Positions 20,452-31,951 are shown, numbered from the stretch's first letter. The stretch: 64,000 nucleotides of DNA from an uncultured Gammaproteobacteria bacterium (GCA_963831765.1 CAWHRH010000002.1:905210-969209); one strand, 5' to 3'. Notes: generated by a model from the letters alone, not told the origin. Translations and numbers: made by a program.

Positions 20452-21499
20452 ATGTCGGAACAAGTACGTCGAAACGGTCATTATCGGCGCCGGGCCCGTG
20501 GGGCTGTTCCAGATCTTCGAACTCGGACTCCTCGGAATTATCGACGCACATCATTGATTCTCTGGCGCAGCCCGGCGGTCAGTGCACCGAGCTGTATCCC
20601 GACAAGCCGATCTATGACATCCCTGCGCTGCCGGTGTGCGGTGCCCAGGAATTGATCGATCGGTTGCTGGAGCAGGCGAAGCCCTTCAACGCCATTTTTC
20701 ATCTGGGGCAGGAAGTCACCGAATTGCGTGTGCTGGAGAACGGCAAGTTTCATGTGGCGACCTCCACCGGCACGCGGCTCACCGCGGGCGCGGTGGTCAT
20801 CGCTGGCGGCGTGGGTTCATTCCAGCCCCGGCGTCTCGGCATACCCGGCGTCGAGCAATTCGAAGGCACGCACGGTTCACTATCGCGTGAGGTCGGCCGG
20901 TGATTTCTTACGATCGAGAATCTGGTGATCTGCGGCGGCGGAGATTCGGCGCTGGATTGGACGGTGGCATTCTGCGACAAGGCACGTTCGTTGACGCTTG
21001 GTGCATCGTCGCGCGGAATTTCGCGCCGCGCCCGCCACGGTCGCGCGCATGCGCGACCTGGTTGCGGCAGGTAAGATGCAGCTGCTGGAGGGAAATGCCG
21101 TCGCCATGCAAGAAGGACAATGAGAAGCTGGTGGGACTCGAGGTGCAATGCGCCGACGGGACCACTCAGCAGGTGCCGGTGGATCATGTGCTTGCATTCT
21201 TCGGCCTGCATCCGAAGCTGGGTCCCATTGCAGAATGGGGACTGGAACTCGAGAAGAAGGCGCTCAAGGTCGACACCGAAAAATTTCAGACCAGCATCCC
21301 GGGAATCTTCGCGATCGGCGACATCAACACCTATCCCGGCAAGAAGAAGCTCATCTTGAGCGGCTTTCACGAAGCGGCGCTGACGGCGTTTGCGATTCAA
21401 CATCACCTGTTTCCGGAGAAGCGCCAGTTTTTGCAGTACACCACCACCAGTCCCATCATGCAGAAACGTCTGGGCGTTGCCGGCACGGATTCGGCCTGA
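20452..21499 (+). pseudogene. thioredoxin-reductase-like ferredoxin-NADP+ reductase, at least four frame changes
   Basis: Pieces in track ORFs 20452.., 20634..20903 and 20900..21499, plus unlisted frames. VIIGAGPVGLF after the first break, [12 protein letters not shown]-terminal [25 protein letters not shown]. Confidence 0.75.
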
Positions 21500-21509
21500 G
21501 ACCTTAAGG

Positions 21510-22368
21510 ATGAATCAACTACTCGAAGATCTGATCAAGGTCATGACGCTCGAGCGCCTCGAGATCAATCTGTTCCGCGGCCAGAGCCGCGACATCGGCA
21601 TCGCCGCAGGTATTCGGCGGCCAGGTGCTTGGGGCAGGCGCTGGTGGCGGCGACGGCGACCGTCGAAGATCGGCAGGTGCACTCGCTGCACGCTTATTTC
21701 CTGCGCCGCGGCGACTTCAATTCCCCGATTGTGTACGAAGTCGACCGGGCCTGGGACGGCAAGCATTTCTGCCACGCGGCGCGTCGTGGCGATTCAGCAC
21801 GGGCAACAGATCTTCAACATGTCGGCATCGTTCCAAATTCCCGAGGCCGGTCTGGATCATCAGATCCCCATGCCGGACGTGCCGTCGCCCGAGGCGCTGC
21901 CCGATCTGGATCGCTATCTCGCCTCGCTGCCCAACCTGCCGCCGTTCATGCAGAAGATGCTCGATCAGAAGCGCCCCTTCGAATTCAAGACTGGTGCAGC
22001 CGCCGAGTCTGGAGCGGCCGGCAAAGGCGCCGCCGCTCAAACATGTCTGGATACGCGCCGTCGATAAGCTCCCGGATGATGAGGCTCTGCATCGCTGCCT
22101 GCTGGCCTATGCGTCCGACTTTCAATTGCTGGATACGGCGCTCAAGCCTCATGGCCTGTCCATGATCAAGGACAAATTGGTCATCGCGAGCATCGATCAT
22201 GCGATGTGGTTCCATCGCAGCGTGCGCGTCGATGACTGGTTGCTGTACGCCATGGATAGTCCGAGCGCCTCGGGCGCCCGCGGTTTCACGCGCGGCAGCG
22301 TGTTTGCGCGCGACGGCCGTCTTGTGGCAAGCGTCTCGCAGGAAGGCTTGATTCGAGTGATGTCCTGA
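21510..22368 (+). pseudogene. tesB: acyl-CoA thioesterase II, at least three frame changes
   Basis: ATG 21510 (MNQLLEDLIKVMTLERLEINLFRGQS) in track ORF 21390..22067, then 21629..22165, back to 21390..22067, then 21625..22368 (...DHAMWFHRSVRVDDWLLYAMDSPSASGARGF). Confidence 0.75.
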
Positions 22369-22539
22369 TGCTCAAGGTCATCATCATCTTCGTGATCGTT
22401 CTCGCCATTTGGTCGGCGGCATGCTGACCCTGCGCAGCAGCCGGAACTGGGAATGCCCAACGATGACGTGCTGAAGCGGGCGGCGGAACGCGCGCGCGAG
22501 CAAAAGGCCAAGGACGAGGCCGATGCGTTAGGCTCCTAG
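22368..22539 (+). pseudogene. small single-TM protein (DUF2897-like), two frame changes
   Basis: ATG 22368 overlaps the tesB stop (TGATG). MLKVIIIFVIVLAI, then VGGMLTLRSS, then LGMPNDDVLKRAAERAREQKAKDEADA lie in three frames. Below the track size cut-off. Confidence 0.3.
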
Positions 22540-23107
22540 CGTGTCGCGGGGCTGAGCCGCGACGCTTCCCACACCTCGCGCGGCAGGACGAAAAGATGGC
22601 AGTCCCACCAGCGGTTCTTGGCGCGCCGGTGTTTGCGGTACACCGCTTCCCAGCGCATGCCGATTTTCTCCAGCACGCGGATCGATGCAGCATTGTTGAC
22701 GTCGACGGTCGAGATCACGCGCTCGGCGCGCAATTCGAGAAACGCCGCTTCGATCAGGGCGAGGGCGATTTCCGTGGCATAGCCCTTGCCCCATTGTTCG
22801 CGCCTCGAGCATGTAGCCCAGGTCCACCACATTGCGTTCGATCCAGGACAGATCGCACGCCCCGATCAGCCTGCCCGAGGCGATTTCCTCGACGCCGAGT
22901 TCGAATCGCGTACGCGGCCGCTCGCGCTGCGAGGCAAGCAAGTTCCTCGAGATACTCGGCGGTGCTCTCCTCGTCGCGGGGGCCGAAGAAAAGATAGCGG
23001 GTGACGCGCGGATCCGATGAATAGGCATGCACGGCGTCGAAATCCGCCATGACGAACTCGCGCAAATTCAGTCGCGCCGTGCGAACCGGCACGGTCAGTT
23101 TGCGCAC
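22536..23107 (-). pseudogene. GNAT-family N-acetyltransferase (RimJ/RimL-like), frame changes
   Basis: Joined from track ORFs 22754..23107 (GTG start, MRKLTVPVRTARLNLREF), 22528..23028 and 22536..22832 (QWGKGYATEIALALIEAAF...). Confidence 0.65.
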
Positions 23108-24536
23108 AGCACCTTACCCGGATTCAATATCCCTTTCGGATCGAGCGCACGCTTCAGTTCGTGCATGACAGCGAGTTCCACGGGATCCGCGCGGCGCGCG
23201 AATTCCCCGGCCTTGAGCCGGCCGATGCCGTGCTCGGCGCTGATGCTGCCGCCCAGGCTTTCGACCAGATCGAACATCGCGACTTCGAGCGGCGTGCGTC
23301 CTGCCATGGAAACGTGCGAGATCGGCGCCGGGCTTTTGACTCAAATTGAAGTGCAGATTGCCGTCGCCGGCGTGCCCGTAGGACACCACGTCGCCCTCAG
23401 GAGCCAATGCGCGGCGCGAGCGCGCTGCCTCTTTCGATGAGCGTCGGGAATGGCGGACAGCGGAACCGACACGTCGTGCTTGATGCTGGCGCCGTGGCGG
23501 CGTTGAGCCTCCGGCACGGATTCACGCAACTTCCACATGGCCTGCGCCTGCGCCAGGGAGGTGGCGAGCATGGCATCCTTGATGATGCCGGCGGCCGCGG
23601 CGTCCTCGAGTTCCGCAGTCAGGAGCCCGGTCAGGTTCTGATGCGGAATTCGGCGAGGCCAGCTCGATCAGCAAGAACCATGGCGCTGTCGAACTCCAGC
23701 GGATTTGCGACGCCGGTGACGTGCTTCACGGTCATTTCGACCGCGATGCGCGGCATCAACTCGAACGAGGTTAGCTGATCGCCTGCTGCGGCGCGCAGAC
23801 GAGCCAGCAGATCGCAAGCGCATGCTGGGGCGAATCGATGCCGACCAGCGCGGTCGCGGTATCGGCCGACGGCGGGAACAGCTTCAGGGATGCCGCGGTG
23901 ATGATGCCGAGCGTGCCTTCGGCGCCGATGAACAGGGACTTCACGTCGTAGCCGGTGTTGTCCTTGCGCAGGCTCTTCAGCGCTGACAGCACACGGCCGT
24001 CCGCCAGCACCACCTCGAGTCCGAGCACCAGATCGCGCATCATGCCGTAGCGCAAGACGGCCGTGCCGCCGGCATTGGTCGAGAGATTGCCGCCGATTTG
24101 CGCCGTGCCCTCTGACCCCAGACTCAAGGGAAACAGGCGCTCCGCTTCGCGCGCTGCGGCTTGCGCTCCGGCGAGCGTGCAGCCCACCTCGACGATCATG
24201 GAGTAATTGGCCGCGTCGATGTGCCGCACGCGATTCAGGCGCTGCATCGACAGCACGATCTGCGAGCCGCTCTCGTCGGGGGTGGCGCCGCCGCAGTAGC
24301 TGGTATTGCCGCCGTGCGGCACCACGGCGACTTCGTCGCGATTGCAGATGGCGCAGGATCCTGCGCGACTTCGCTCGGCGCTGCGCGGCAGCAGCACCAG
24401 CGGCGTGGCGCCGTGGTAGAGGCGGCGAAAGTCGCTGAGGTAGGGTGCCAGGTCGTCGGGCGACTCGAGCCAGCCGCCGTCGCCGACCGGCGACTTCGAG
24501 CTCCGCCAGGGTCGCGGCGCTAGGCGGGCGAGGCAT
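23095..24536 (-). pseudogene. FAD-linked oxidase (GlcD / D-2-hydroxyacid dehydrogenase family), at least five frame changes
   Basis: Pieces in track ORFs 23631..24536 (start), 23771..25396 (VVPHGGNTSYCGGATP, IGGNLSTNAGG), 23341..23571, 23114..23407 (YGHAGDGNLHFN) and 23095..23307 (SAEHGIGRLK...ILNPGKVL). Confidence 0.7.
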
Positions 24537-24561
24537 GGGCGGTGCCGATCGCAGAGGGCAT

Positions 24562-25553
24562 TTAGATGCGCTTGGCCGCTCCGTCGCGCACCGCCGCCGG
24601 CACCGGTTTCAAGTCCCAGATCAGTCCGACAGAACGACATCAGCTTCAGCAGGTAGAAGGTGATGTCGAATTCCCACCAGTAAAAGCCCTGACGCACCGA
24701 TGCGGGGTAGTGATGGTGATTGTTGTGCCAGCCTTCGCCCAGGGTGATGATGGCCAGCCAGCACGTTATTGCGGCTGGCATCGCCGGTCTTGTAGCGCTG
24801 GCGCCCGAATACATGCGACAGGGAATTGATGGTGTAGGTGCCGTGGTAAACCAGCCACGGTGGAGATGAAGAATCCCCACACCAACATCTGCCAGCCGGT
24901 GGTGTGCAAGTCCCGGCGCCACGTGCTTGAGCAGCACGCCGAGCAGGAACACGCCGACTCCGAGAAGCGTCGGAACGACGACGTCGAAGCGGTCCAGGAA
25001 GCGCAGCTCCGGGATACTTGAGCAAATCCTTGACCCGCGACAGATCCGCCGCGAAGTGCTTGTGCGACATGAACCAGCCCATGTGGCTCCAGAAAAAGCC
25101 GTGCTGCACGGGCGAGTGCACGTCCTCCGGCTTGTCCGAATGCACATGGTGGTGGCGATGATGGGCCGCCCACCAAATCGGACCGCGCTGCACCGCCGAG
25201 GCGCCCAGCAGGCCGAAGATGAACTGGCCGACGCGCGAGGTCTTGAAGGTGCGGTGCGAAAAGTAGCGATGATAGAAACCGGTGATGGCGAACATGCGCA
25301 CCAGGTACAGCGCGAACGTGACCAGCCAGCGCCACCCAGCTGAAGCCCACCCAGATCACCGCGAGACAGGCGAGCATGCATCAGCAGGAAGGGCACGACG
25401 CGCGCCCAATCGATGTGCCTGCCGGCTTCGCGTAGCGCGGCAGCGTCGCGTCGGCCGCGTCGCGAAATCGCTGTTGCCGAACCAGCGCGATAGCTCCCGG
25501 CCCACGCGCACCGCGGTCGGCGGCTCGATCACGATTTCATTTTCTGGGGTCAT
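24562..25553 (-). pseudogene. acyl-CoA (delta-9-type) fatty acid desaturase, multiple frame changes
   Basis: Pieces in track ORFs 25356..25553, 24766..25377, 24621..25301 and 23771..25396. Histidine boxes YHRYFSH, HHRHHHVHSD and WHNNHHHYP. The start lies 3 nt after the htpX stop. Confidence 0.75.
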
Positions 25554-25556
25554 CTT

Positions 25557-26442
25557 TCAGTTCCTCAAGACTTGTAGTGCCGCGATCCGCTCATCGAGCG
25601 GCGGGTGGCTCATGAACAGCCGCATGAAGCCGTCCGCGCTGCCCGTGTTGATGCCGAAAGCCTGCAGCTGCTGCGGCATCGGCTCGCCCTGGCTGCGCTT
25701 CAACATCTGCAGTGCATCGATCATGCTGCCGGTGCCGGCCAGATCGGCGCCGCCGCGGTCGGCGCGAAATTCCCGCCGCCGCGAATACCAACAGACGATC
25801 ATGCTGGCGAAAATGCCCAGCACGAACTGCGCCACCATGGTGGTCATGAAAAAACCGATGCCGGATCCCTGCCGGTCGTTCCTGCAACACCGCCCGATCG
25901 ACGATGCCGCCGATGATGCGCGCGAGAAAGATCACGAATGTATTTAGCACACCTTGCAACAGCGCAAGGGTAACCATATCACCGTTTGCGACATGGGTGA
26001 TTTCGTGACCCAGTACCGCCTCGACCTGCGTGCGCGACATGCTGCGCAGCAGGCCGCTGCTCACGGCCACCAAGGCCGCATTGCGCCGCGCGCCGGTGGC
26101 AAAGGCATTCATTTCCTCGGCGTCGAAAATGCCGACTTCCGGCATGCCGATCTGGGCCTGCTCAGCCAGACGTTTGACCGCGCCGACGAGCCAGCGTTCC
26201 AGATCCGATTGCGGGGCCGTGATCACGCGCACCCCCATCATGCGCTTGGCGGTCCACTTGGACAGCGCCAGCGAAATCAGCGAGCCGCCGAAACCGAAAA
26301 TCGCCGCAAACACCAGCAGACCGCCCAGTGCCGCCCTGCGCCAAGTGCACGCCGAAAACCCGCTCTCGACGATGAACAGCACCACGCTGAGCAGGGCCAG
26401 GACCGCCAGGTTCGTGAGGACGAACAGGAAAATGCGTTTCAT
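25557..26442 (-). pseudogene. htpX: protease HtpX (M48), frame break in the C-terminal third
   Basis: ATG 26442 ([15 protein letters not shown]) in track ORF 25591..26472. [10 protein letters not shown] zinc motif. C-terminus in 25557..25847 ([12 protein letters not shown]...[13 protein letters not shown]). Confidence 0.8.
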
Positions 26443-26493
26443 GGGGCTTTTCTTCGCGAAAAAGAGCCGCAATATGGTAACGCGGCATACCGG

Positions 26494-26522
26494 AGGTCGG
26501 GACGTTGCTGTTCAATTTCAAG
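26494..26522 (-). promoter_or_regulatory. sigma32-like promoter candidate upstream of htpX: CTTGAAA-N14-CCCGACCT
   Basis: Minus-strand reading of 26516..26522 gives CTTGAAA and of 26494..26501 gives CCCGACCT. Compare the heat-shock consensus CTTGAAA-N13-15-CCCCATNT. Confidence 0.3.
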
Positions 26523-26630
26523 CTCGGAATTCGACGGCGCGGCGAGGGCGGGTTCTGATTCGACCACCAGGCGGCCGAGATTAGCATAAGTAGCTGTAAA
26601 ATAAAGAATTAATCTTTCTAGAGGTAGGGC

Positions 26631-27506
26631 ATGCAATATAAGGACTATTACGAAATACTGGGCGTGACTCGCGGCGCCGATGCCGATGAGGTGAAGCGCG
26701 CCTACCGCAAGCTGGCGCGCAAATATCCACCCGGATGTCAGCAAGGAAAAAAACGCCGAGGACAAGTTCAAGGAGGTCCAGGAGGCGTACGAGGTGCTGC
26801 GCGATCCGGATAAGCGCGCCGCCTATGATCAATCTGGGCCGGGATTTTCGCAACGGCCAGCAGTTTCGCCCGCCGCCCGACTGGTCGCAGCGGTTCGGAC
26901 AATCGCGGCGGCCAGCGATTCTCGGACCTCAATGGCTTCAGCGATTTTTTCTCCAGTCTGTTCGGCGGCGCGGCGGGATCGGCGCCGCCGCAGCGCAACC
27001 GGAGGCGGATGCGGGCCATCTGGACGTCACCGTGGAGGAGGCCTTCGCCGGCACCAAACGCCGCGTCACGCTCAACGAGAATGCGCGCCCGCGCCAGGTC
27101 GACGTGCAAATACCGGCCGGCGTCAGCGAGGGCCAGTCGCTGCGCATCGGCACCGGCGGCCGCGCCTCGCTGATTTTTCGAATCAGACTGCGTCCGCACC
27201 ATCTCTACGAGGTGTCGGGCAAGGACGTGCAGATCGAATTGCCCTTGGCGCCGTGGGAGGCGGCCCTGGGCGCCAAGGTGGCGGTGCCCACGCTCGGCGG
27301 CACGGTGGAGCTGACCGTGCCGGCCGGCGCGCAATCGGGTCAGAAGCTGAGGCTTGCGCGGGCGGGGACTTCCGGGCAATCCGGGCGGCGACCAGATCGT
27401 CATCATCAAGCTGGTGACGCCGGCGGCGCAATCGGCCACGGCGAAGGAGGCCTACGAGCGCATGAAGCGCGAGTTCGATTTCGATCCGCGCGCCGACTGG
27501 CCCTAG
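26631..27506 (+). pseudogene. cbpA: curved-DNA-binding protein CbpA (DnaJ homologue), at least four frame changes
   Basis: J-domain start [12 protein letters not shown]...AYRKLARKY breaks just before the HPD motif. Later pieces lie in track ORFs 26735..28534 and 26794..27417. C-terminus [11 protein letters not shown]...FDFDPRADWP ends at TAG 27504..27506. Confidence 0.75.
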
Positions 27507-27533
27507 TTGAAGTTTCGAGCGCCAGCCCCAACA
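27506..27533 (+). promoter_or_regulatory. sigma32-like promoter candidate upstream of htpG: GTTGAAG-N13-CCCCAACA
   Basis: 27506..27512 and 27526..27533, about 40 nt before the htpG ATG. Confidence 0.3.
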
Positions 27534-27574
27534 AACGCGGTTCACAATTCAAAGACAATGGTGATCCTCAGACC

Positions 27575-29454
27575 ATGACCACCGAAACACAGCCGCAAGT
27601 CAAAGAGTTCCAAGCCGAAACCAAGCAGGTGTTGCGCTTGGTGATTCATTCGCTGTACTCGCACAAGGAGATATTCCTGCGCGAGCTGATCTCGAATGCC
27701 TCGGATGCCTGCGAGAAGTTGCGCTTCGAGGCGCTCGCCAAACCGGAGCTTCTGGGCGCGGACTCCCTGTCGATCACGCTGACGCCGGACACGCGCCGCC
27801 GGCACCTTGAGCATCAAGGACAACGGCATCGGCATGAGCGAGGCCGAAGTCATCGACAACCTGGGCACCATCGCGCGCTCCGGCACCAAGAAATTTCTCG
27901 AGACCTTGAGCGGCGATTCCGCCAAGGACGCGCAGCTGATCGGCCAGTTCGGCGTCGGCTTTTATTCCGCCTTCATCGTCGCCGACAAGGTCACGGTGCT
28001 CAGCAAACGCACCGACGCCGGGCGGTGCGCTGGGATTCGGACGGCGAGGGCCAGTACGAGATTCAGCCGAGCGACAAGACCGATCGCGGCACCGAGGTCA
28101 TCCTGCATCTGCGCGATGAGGACAAGGAATTTCTGGAAGCCGCGCGCCTGCGCCAATTGGTGCGCAAGTACTCGGATCACCTGAGCATTCCCATCGTGTT
28201 GAAATCGGCCGACAGCGACGAGACGCTGAATCAGGCGAAGGCTTTTTGGACGCGTGCGAAAGCCGAGCTGAAGGACGAGGACTACCAGGCGTTCTACAAG
28301 CACCTCACGCACGACTCGCGAGGGCGCGCGACTCTGGGCGCACAACAAGGTCGAAGGCAACATCGAATACACCTCGCTCCTCTACCTGCCGAAGCATGCG
28401 CCGTTCGATCTGTTCGAGCGCGAGCAAAAAGGCGGCGTGCAGCTGTACGTCAAGCGCGTGTTCATCATGGACAAGGCGGCGGAATTGCTGCCGCCGTACC
28501 TGCGGTTCATGCGCGGGCTGGTGGATTCATCTGACTTGCCGCTGAACGTGTCGCGGGAACTGCTGCAGAACAATCGCACCGTCGAGAAGATCAAGTCGGC
28601 GCTGGTGAAGCGAACCTTGGACATGCTCGAGGAACTCGCGGCGAACAAGCCGGAGGAATATGCGGAATTCTAGAAAACCTTCGGCATGGTATTGAAGGAG
28701 GGGATCATCGAGGATCCCGCGCAACAGGTTGCGAATCGCCAAACTGCTGCGCTTTCATTCGACGGCCGCGACCGGCGATGCCGCGGAGGTCACGCTCGAG
28801 GCCTACGTTTCGCGGATGAAGGCCGATCAAAAGGCCATCTACTACCTCACCGCCGACACGCTCGCAGCCGCGCGTAACAGCCCGCATCTGGAGGGATTTC
28901 GCGCCAAGAACATGGAAGTGCTGTTGCTCACCGATCGCATCGACGAGTGGGTGGCCGCGCACCTGCACGAGTTCGAAGGCAAGTCCCTCGCGAACGTCGC
29001 GAGCGCGGCGGCCGACGTGGCATCCGCCATCGAGACTCCGGAAAAGGCGGCGGCGGAAAGCACATTCAAGAGCACCCTGGAGCGCCTGGCCAAGAGTCTG
29101 ACCGGCAAGATCGCGAGTGCGCAGGTTTCAGCGCGTCTCACCGATTCGCCCGCGGTGCTGGTCGCCGGGGAGTTTGGCGTGAGCTTGCGCATGGGTCGCA
29201 TCCTCAAGCAGGCGGGACAGAACAATCCCTTCGCGACGCTGCCGATTCTCGAGGTGAATCCAAAGCATCCGCTGGTGCTGCGCCTCAAGGACACGGCCGA
29301 CGACGCGGCGTTCGCGGATCTTGCTCACGTGCTCTTCGACCAGGCGATGCTGGCGGAAGGCGGCGAACTGGATGATCCGGCGACATTCGTACGGCGCGTG
29401 AATCGGCTGATCGTGGAAGGCCTGTCCGCGCAGCCGAAAATCATCCTGAGCTGA
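27575..29454 (+). pseudogene. htpG: chaperone HtpG (Hsp90), several frame changes plus one in-frame TAG
   Basis: ATG 27575 (MTTETQPQVKEFQAETKQVLRLVIHSLYSHKEIFLRELISNASDA). Pieces in track ORFs 26735..28534, 27807..28184, 28437..28673 and 28729..29454. TAG at 28671..28673 sits where Trp is expected. Confidence 0.85.
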
Positions 29455-29491
29455 GCTGCTGCAGTGCTGACGCCGCAGTGGGCTGCGAACG

Positions 29492-30484
29492 ATGAGGCGC
29501 CGGTCGATGACGCGCGCGTTGCTCGATGCGTACTCCGGCGCGGTCATCGGTGCCTTGGAGCGGGTGTCTCCGGCGGTAACCTACATCGAGGTGACGCGCC
29601 GCGGCGGCGCCGCGAGCGCGCGGCGCGCCGTGCGGTGCAGGGCAGCGGTTCGGGGTTTCTGTTCACGCCCGACGGCTACCTGTTGACCAACAGCCATGTG
29701 GTCGACGGCGCGGGCGAAATTCTGGTGCGTCTCAATGACGACGCCCGCTTACGCGCCGACCTGGTGGGCAATGATCCGGACTCGGATTTGGCGGTACTGC
29801 GCATCGGCTCCCCGGTCGCGCTGCCCTTCGTGGAATTCGGCGATTCCTCGCGCTTGAAAGTGGGGCAGGTCGCGATCGCCATCGGCAATCCTCTGGGCTA
29901 TGCGAAGACGGTGACCACCGGTGTGGTTTCAGCGTTGGGCCGCACCTTGCGGGCGACCTCAGGCAGGCTCATGCACGATGTCATCCAAACCGACGCCGCG
30001 CTCAATCCGGGAAACTCCGGCGGACCGTTGGTGGATTCCAAGGGACGCGTGATCGGCGTCAATACCGCGATGATCCCGCAGGCCCAGGCGATTTGTTTTG
30101 CCACCGGGATAAACACGGCAAAATGGGTGATCGGCCAGCTGTTCGCCCATGGCCGGGTGCGCCGTGCCTATATCGGCGTGTCGGGCGCGACCGTGCCGAT
30201 GGCGACCCGCGTGGTCCGGCATTTCGGTTTGCCGGGCAACAAGGCGGTCCATGTCTCGGAGGTCGTGCCGGGCAGCCCCGCGGCGCAGGCCGGCGTGGAA
30301 CAGGGGGATCGCATGATTGCGCTCGATGGCTCGAGCATCGATGGTATCGATGGCTTGCAGCGCCGGCTCGATGCCAGCCTGCATCGGCCGCGAATGCGAG
30401 TTGCAACTGCTGCGCAGGTCGAGTGTGATACGGGTGAGGATCAGGCCGGTCGAGATGCCTGCACATCGATCCGCCGGCCGCTAA
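29492..30484 (+). pseudogene. trypsin-like serine protease with PDZ domain (HtrA/DegP family), two frame changes
   Basis: N-terminus from track ORF 29492..29686, core from 29464..30489 (DLAVLRI, GNSGGPLVD, PDZ VSEVVPGSPAAQAGV). The C-terminus probably ends at TAA 30482..30484 in a third frame. Confidence 0.7.
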
Positions 30485-30508
30485 CATGAAACTTGAGGAA
30501 GCGAATCG

Positions 30509-31060
30509 ATGACCCCGACGCCGCAGCCGGTTACCTTGGCGGTCCCACCCGAACCGACCGATCACAGCCAGGGCTCCGAACACGCGCGGGTGACCGTGAT
30601 TGAGTATGGGGACTTCGAATGCCCGAGCTGCAAAGTCGCGGCCACCACACCTGCCTTGCTGCTGGATCGATTCCCCAATCAGGTGCGATTCATCTTTAGA
30701 AATTTTCCGCTGGAGGAGGCGCATCCGCACGCGCTGCTGGCGGCGGAAGCCGCCGAGGCGGCCGGCGCGCAGGGAAAATTTTGGCCGATGTACGATGTGT
30801 TGTTCCGCAATCAAGCGCATCTCAAAGGCGCGGATCTGCAACGCCATGCCGCCGGCCTGGGGTTGGACATGGCGCGCTACGTGGCTGAGATGGACGATCA
30901 CATCTACCTGCAGAAGGTGCGCGAGCACACCGCGGGCGGCCGCCGCAGCCATATTCGCGCGACCCCGACCTTCTTCATCAACGGCGTGGTGCAGGACATC
31001 TCGTTCGGCATGAAGGCGCTGCACGACGCCGTGGCGGCCGCGGTGGCTCACCACCATTAG
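30509..31060 (+). CDS. DsbA-family thiol:disulfide oxidoreductase (thioredoxin fold)
   Basis: Single 183-aa ORF. CPSC active-site motif in VIEYGDFECPSCK. Confidence 0.75.
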   Translation: MTPTPQPVTLAVPPEPTDHSQGSEHARVTVIEYGDFECPSCKVAATTPALLLDRFPNQVRFIFRNFPLEEAHPHALLAAEAAEAAGAQGKFWPMYDVLFRNQAHLKGADLQRHAAGLGLDMARYVAEMDDHIYLQKVREHTAGGRRSHIRATPTFFINGVVQDISFGMKALHDAVAAAVAHHH

Positions 31061-31078
31061 CACGCAGGAGAACAATAA

Positions 31079-31843
31079 ATGCGACTCAGCGACTACCCGG
31101 CGGGGATTTTCCTGCTTTCCATCCTCCTGTTGTCCGCATCGGTGTGGGTGGGCCTGATTTTGCGAGGCGACAAAGAGCTCAAGGGCGAGATTCGCGAGGA
31201 CTTCGGCGTGGTACTGGCCGCCGCACTGACGCTCCTCGGCCTCATCATCGGATTCAGTTTTTCCATGGCGACCACCCGCTACGATCAGCGTAAGAACTTC
31301 GAAGAGGCGGAAGCCAATGCCATCGGTACCGAGTACGTCCGGGTGGAATTCCTGCCTGCCGCGGACGCGGCGGCCGCAAAGAAACTGCTGAAGTCCTATC
31401 TGGACCAGCGTGTGCTCTGGTATGAAGAGCGCGATTCGCAAAGCGTACGGCAGACCAATGCCAAAACCGGGCTGCTGCAAAATGAACTTTGGGCCGCAGT
31501 GAAGACTCCGGCTGCGGCCGCCCCGAATCCGGTGCTCGCGCTGATGGTCTCCGGGATGAATGATGTGCTGAACTCGCAAGGCTACACCCAGGCGGCCTGG
31601 TGGAACCGCATACCGCCGGCGGCATGGTTCCTGATGTTCGTGATCGCGGTGCTGTGCAACGCAATGATCGGTTACGCCGAAGGCAAGCTCAAGCTCAAAC
31701 GAAGGCTTGTCATGCCGATTATTCTCCCGGTCATCGTGTCGATCTCGTTTTATATGATTGCCGACATCGACAGCCCGCGCAGCGGCTTGGTCCGCGTGGT
31801 TCCGCAGAATTTGCTGAGTCTTGAGGCCGGCCTGCACGAGTAG
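31079..31843 (+). CDS. membrane protein (DUF4239-like)
   Basis: Single 254-aa ORF with two N-terminal and two C-terminal hydrophobic segments. Family assignment is from memory only. Confidence 0.45.
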   Translation: MRLSDYPAGIFLLSILLLSASVWVGLILRGDKELKGEIREDFGVVLAAALTLLGLIIGFSFSMATTRYDQRKNFEEAEANAIGTEYVRVEFLPAADAAAAKKLLKSYLDQRVLWYEERDSQSVRQTNAKTGLLQNELWAAVKTPAAAAPNPVLALMVSGMNDVLNSQGYTQAAWWNRIPPAAWFLMFVIAVLCNAMIGYAEGKLKLKRRLVMPIILPVIVSISFYMIADIDSPRSGLVRVVPQNLLSLEAGLHE

Positions 31844-31886
31844 CCGCTGGAGCGAGTAAGGCTGACGGGGTTGAAGCCGAAATAAA

Positions 31887-31910
31887 AAGGGCGCCCATTT
31901 GGGCGCCCTT
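31887..31910. terminator. bidirectional rho-independent-type terminator hairpin AAGGGCGCCC-attt-GGGCGCCCTT
   Basis: Perfect 10-bp GC-rich stem between convergent genes. An A-run on the 5' side gives a U-tract for the minus-strand transcript. Confidence 0.6.
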
Positions 31911-31951
31911 AGGCAAAAGTCCGACCAGGGTTCAGATCGGGCGCTGGACGG

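Noticed and set aside
26735-28534. 599-aa plus-strand ORF that looks like one large protein
   Set aside because: It is a chimera. It passes through out-of-frame parts of cbpA, the cbpA-htpG spacer and parts of htpG. Only short stretches match either family. The same applies to 23771..25396 and 51424..53058.
28671-28673. The TAG in htpG as pyrrolysine or programmed read-through
   Set aside because: Orthologues have Trp here, so a simple TGG to TAG change is expected. There is no recoding context or Pyl machinery in the window, and the organism type makes recoding implausible.
30059-31837. 592-aa minus-strand ORF, the longest unbroken ORF in this part of the window
   Set aside because: It lies antisense to three well supported plus-strand genes (protease, DsbA-like, DUF4239-like). 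It has an Arg/His/Gly-rich, low-complexity composition typical of shadow ORFs in GC-rich DNA. No family resemblance was seen.
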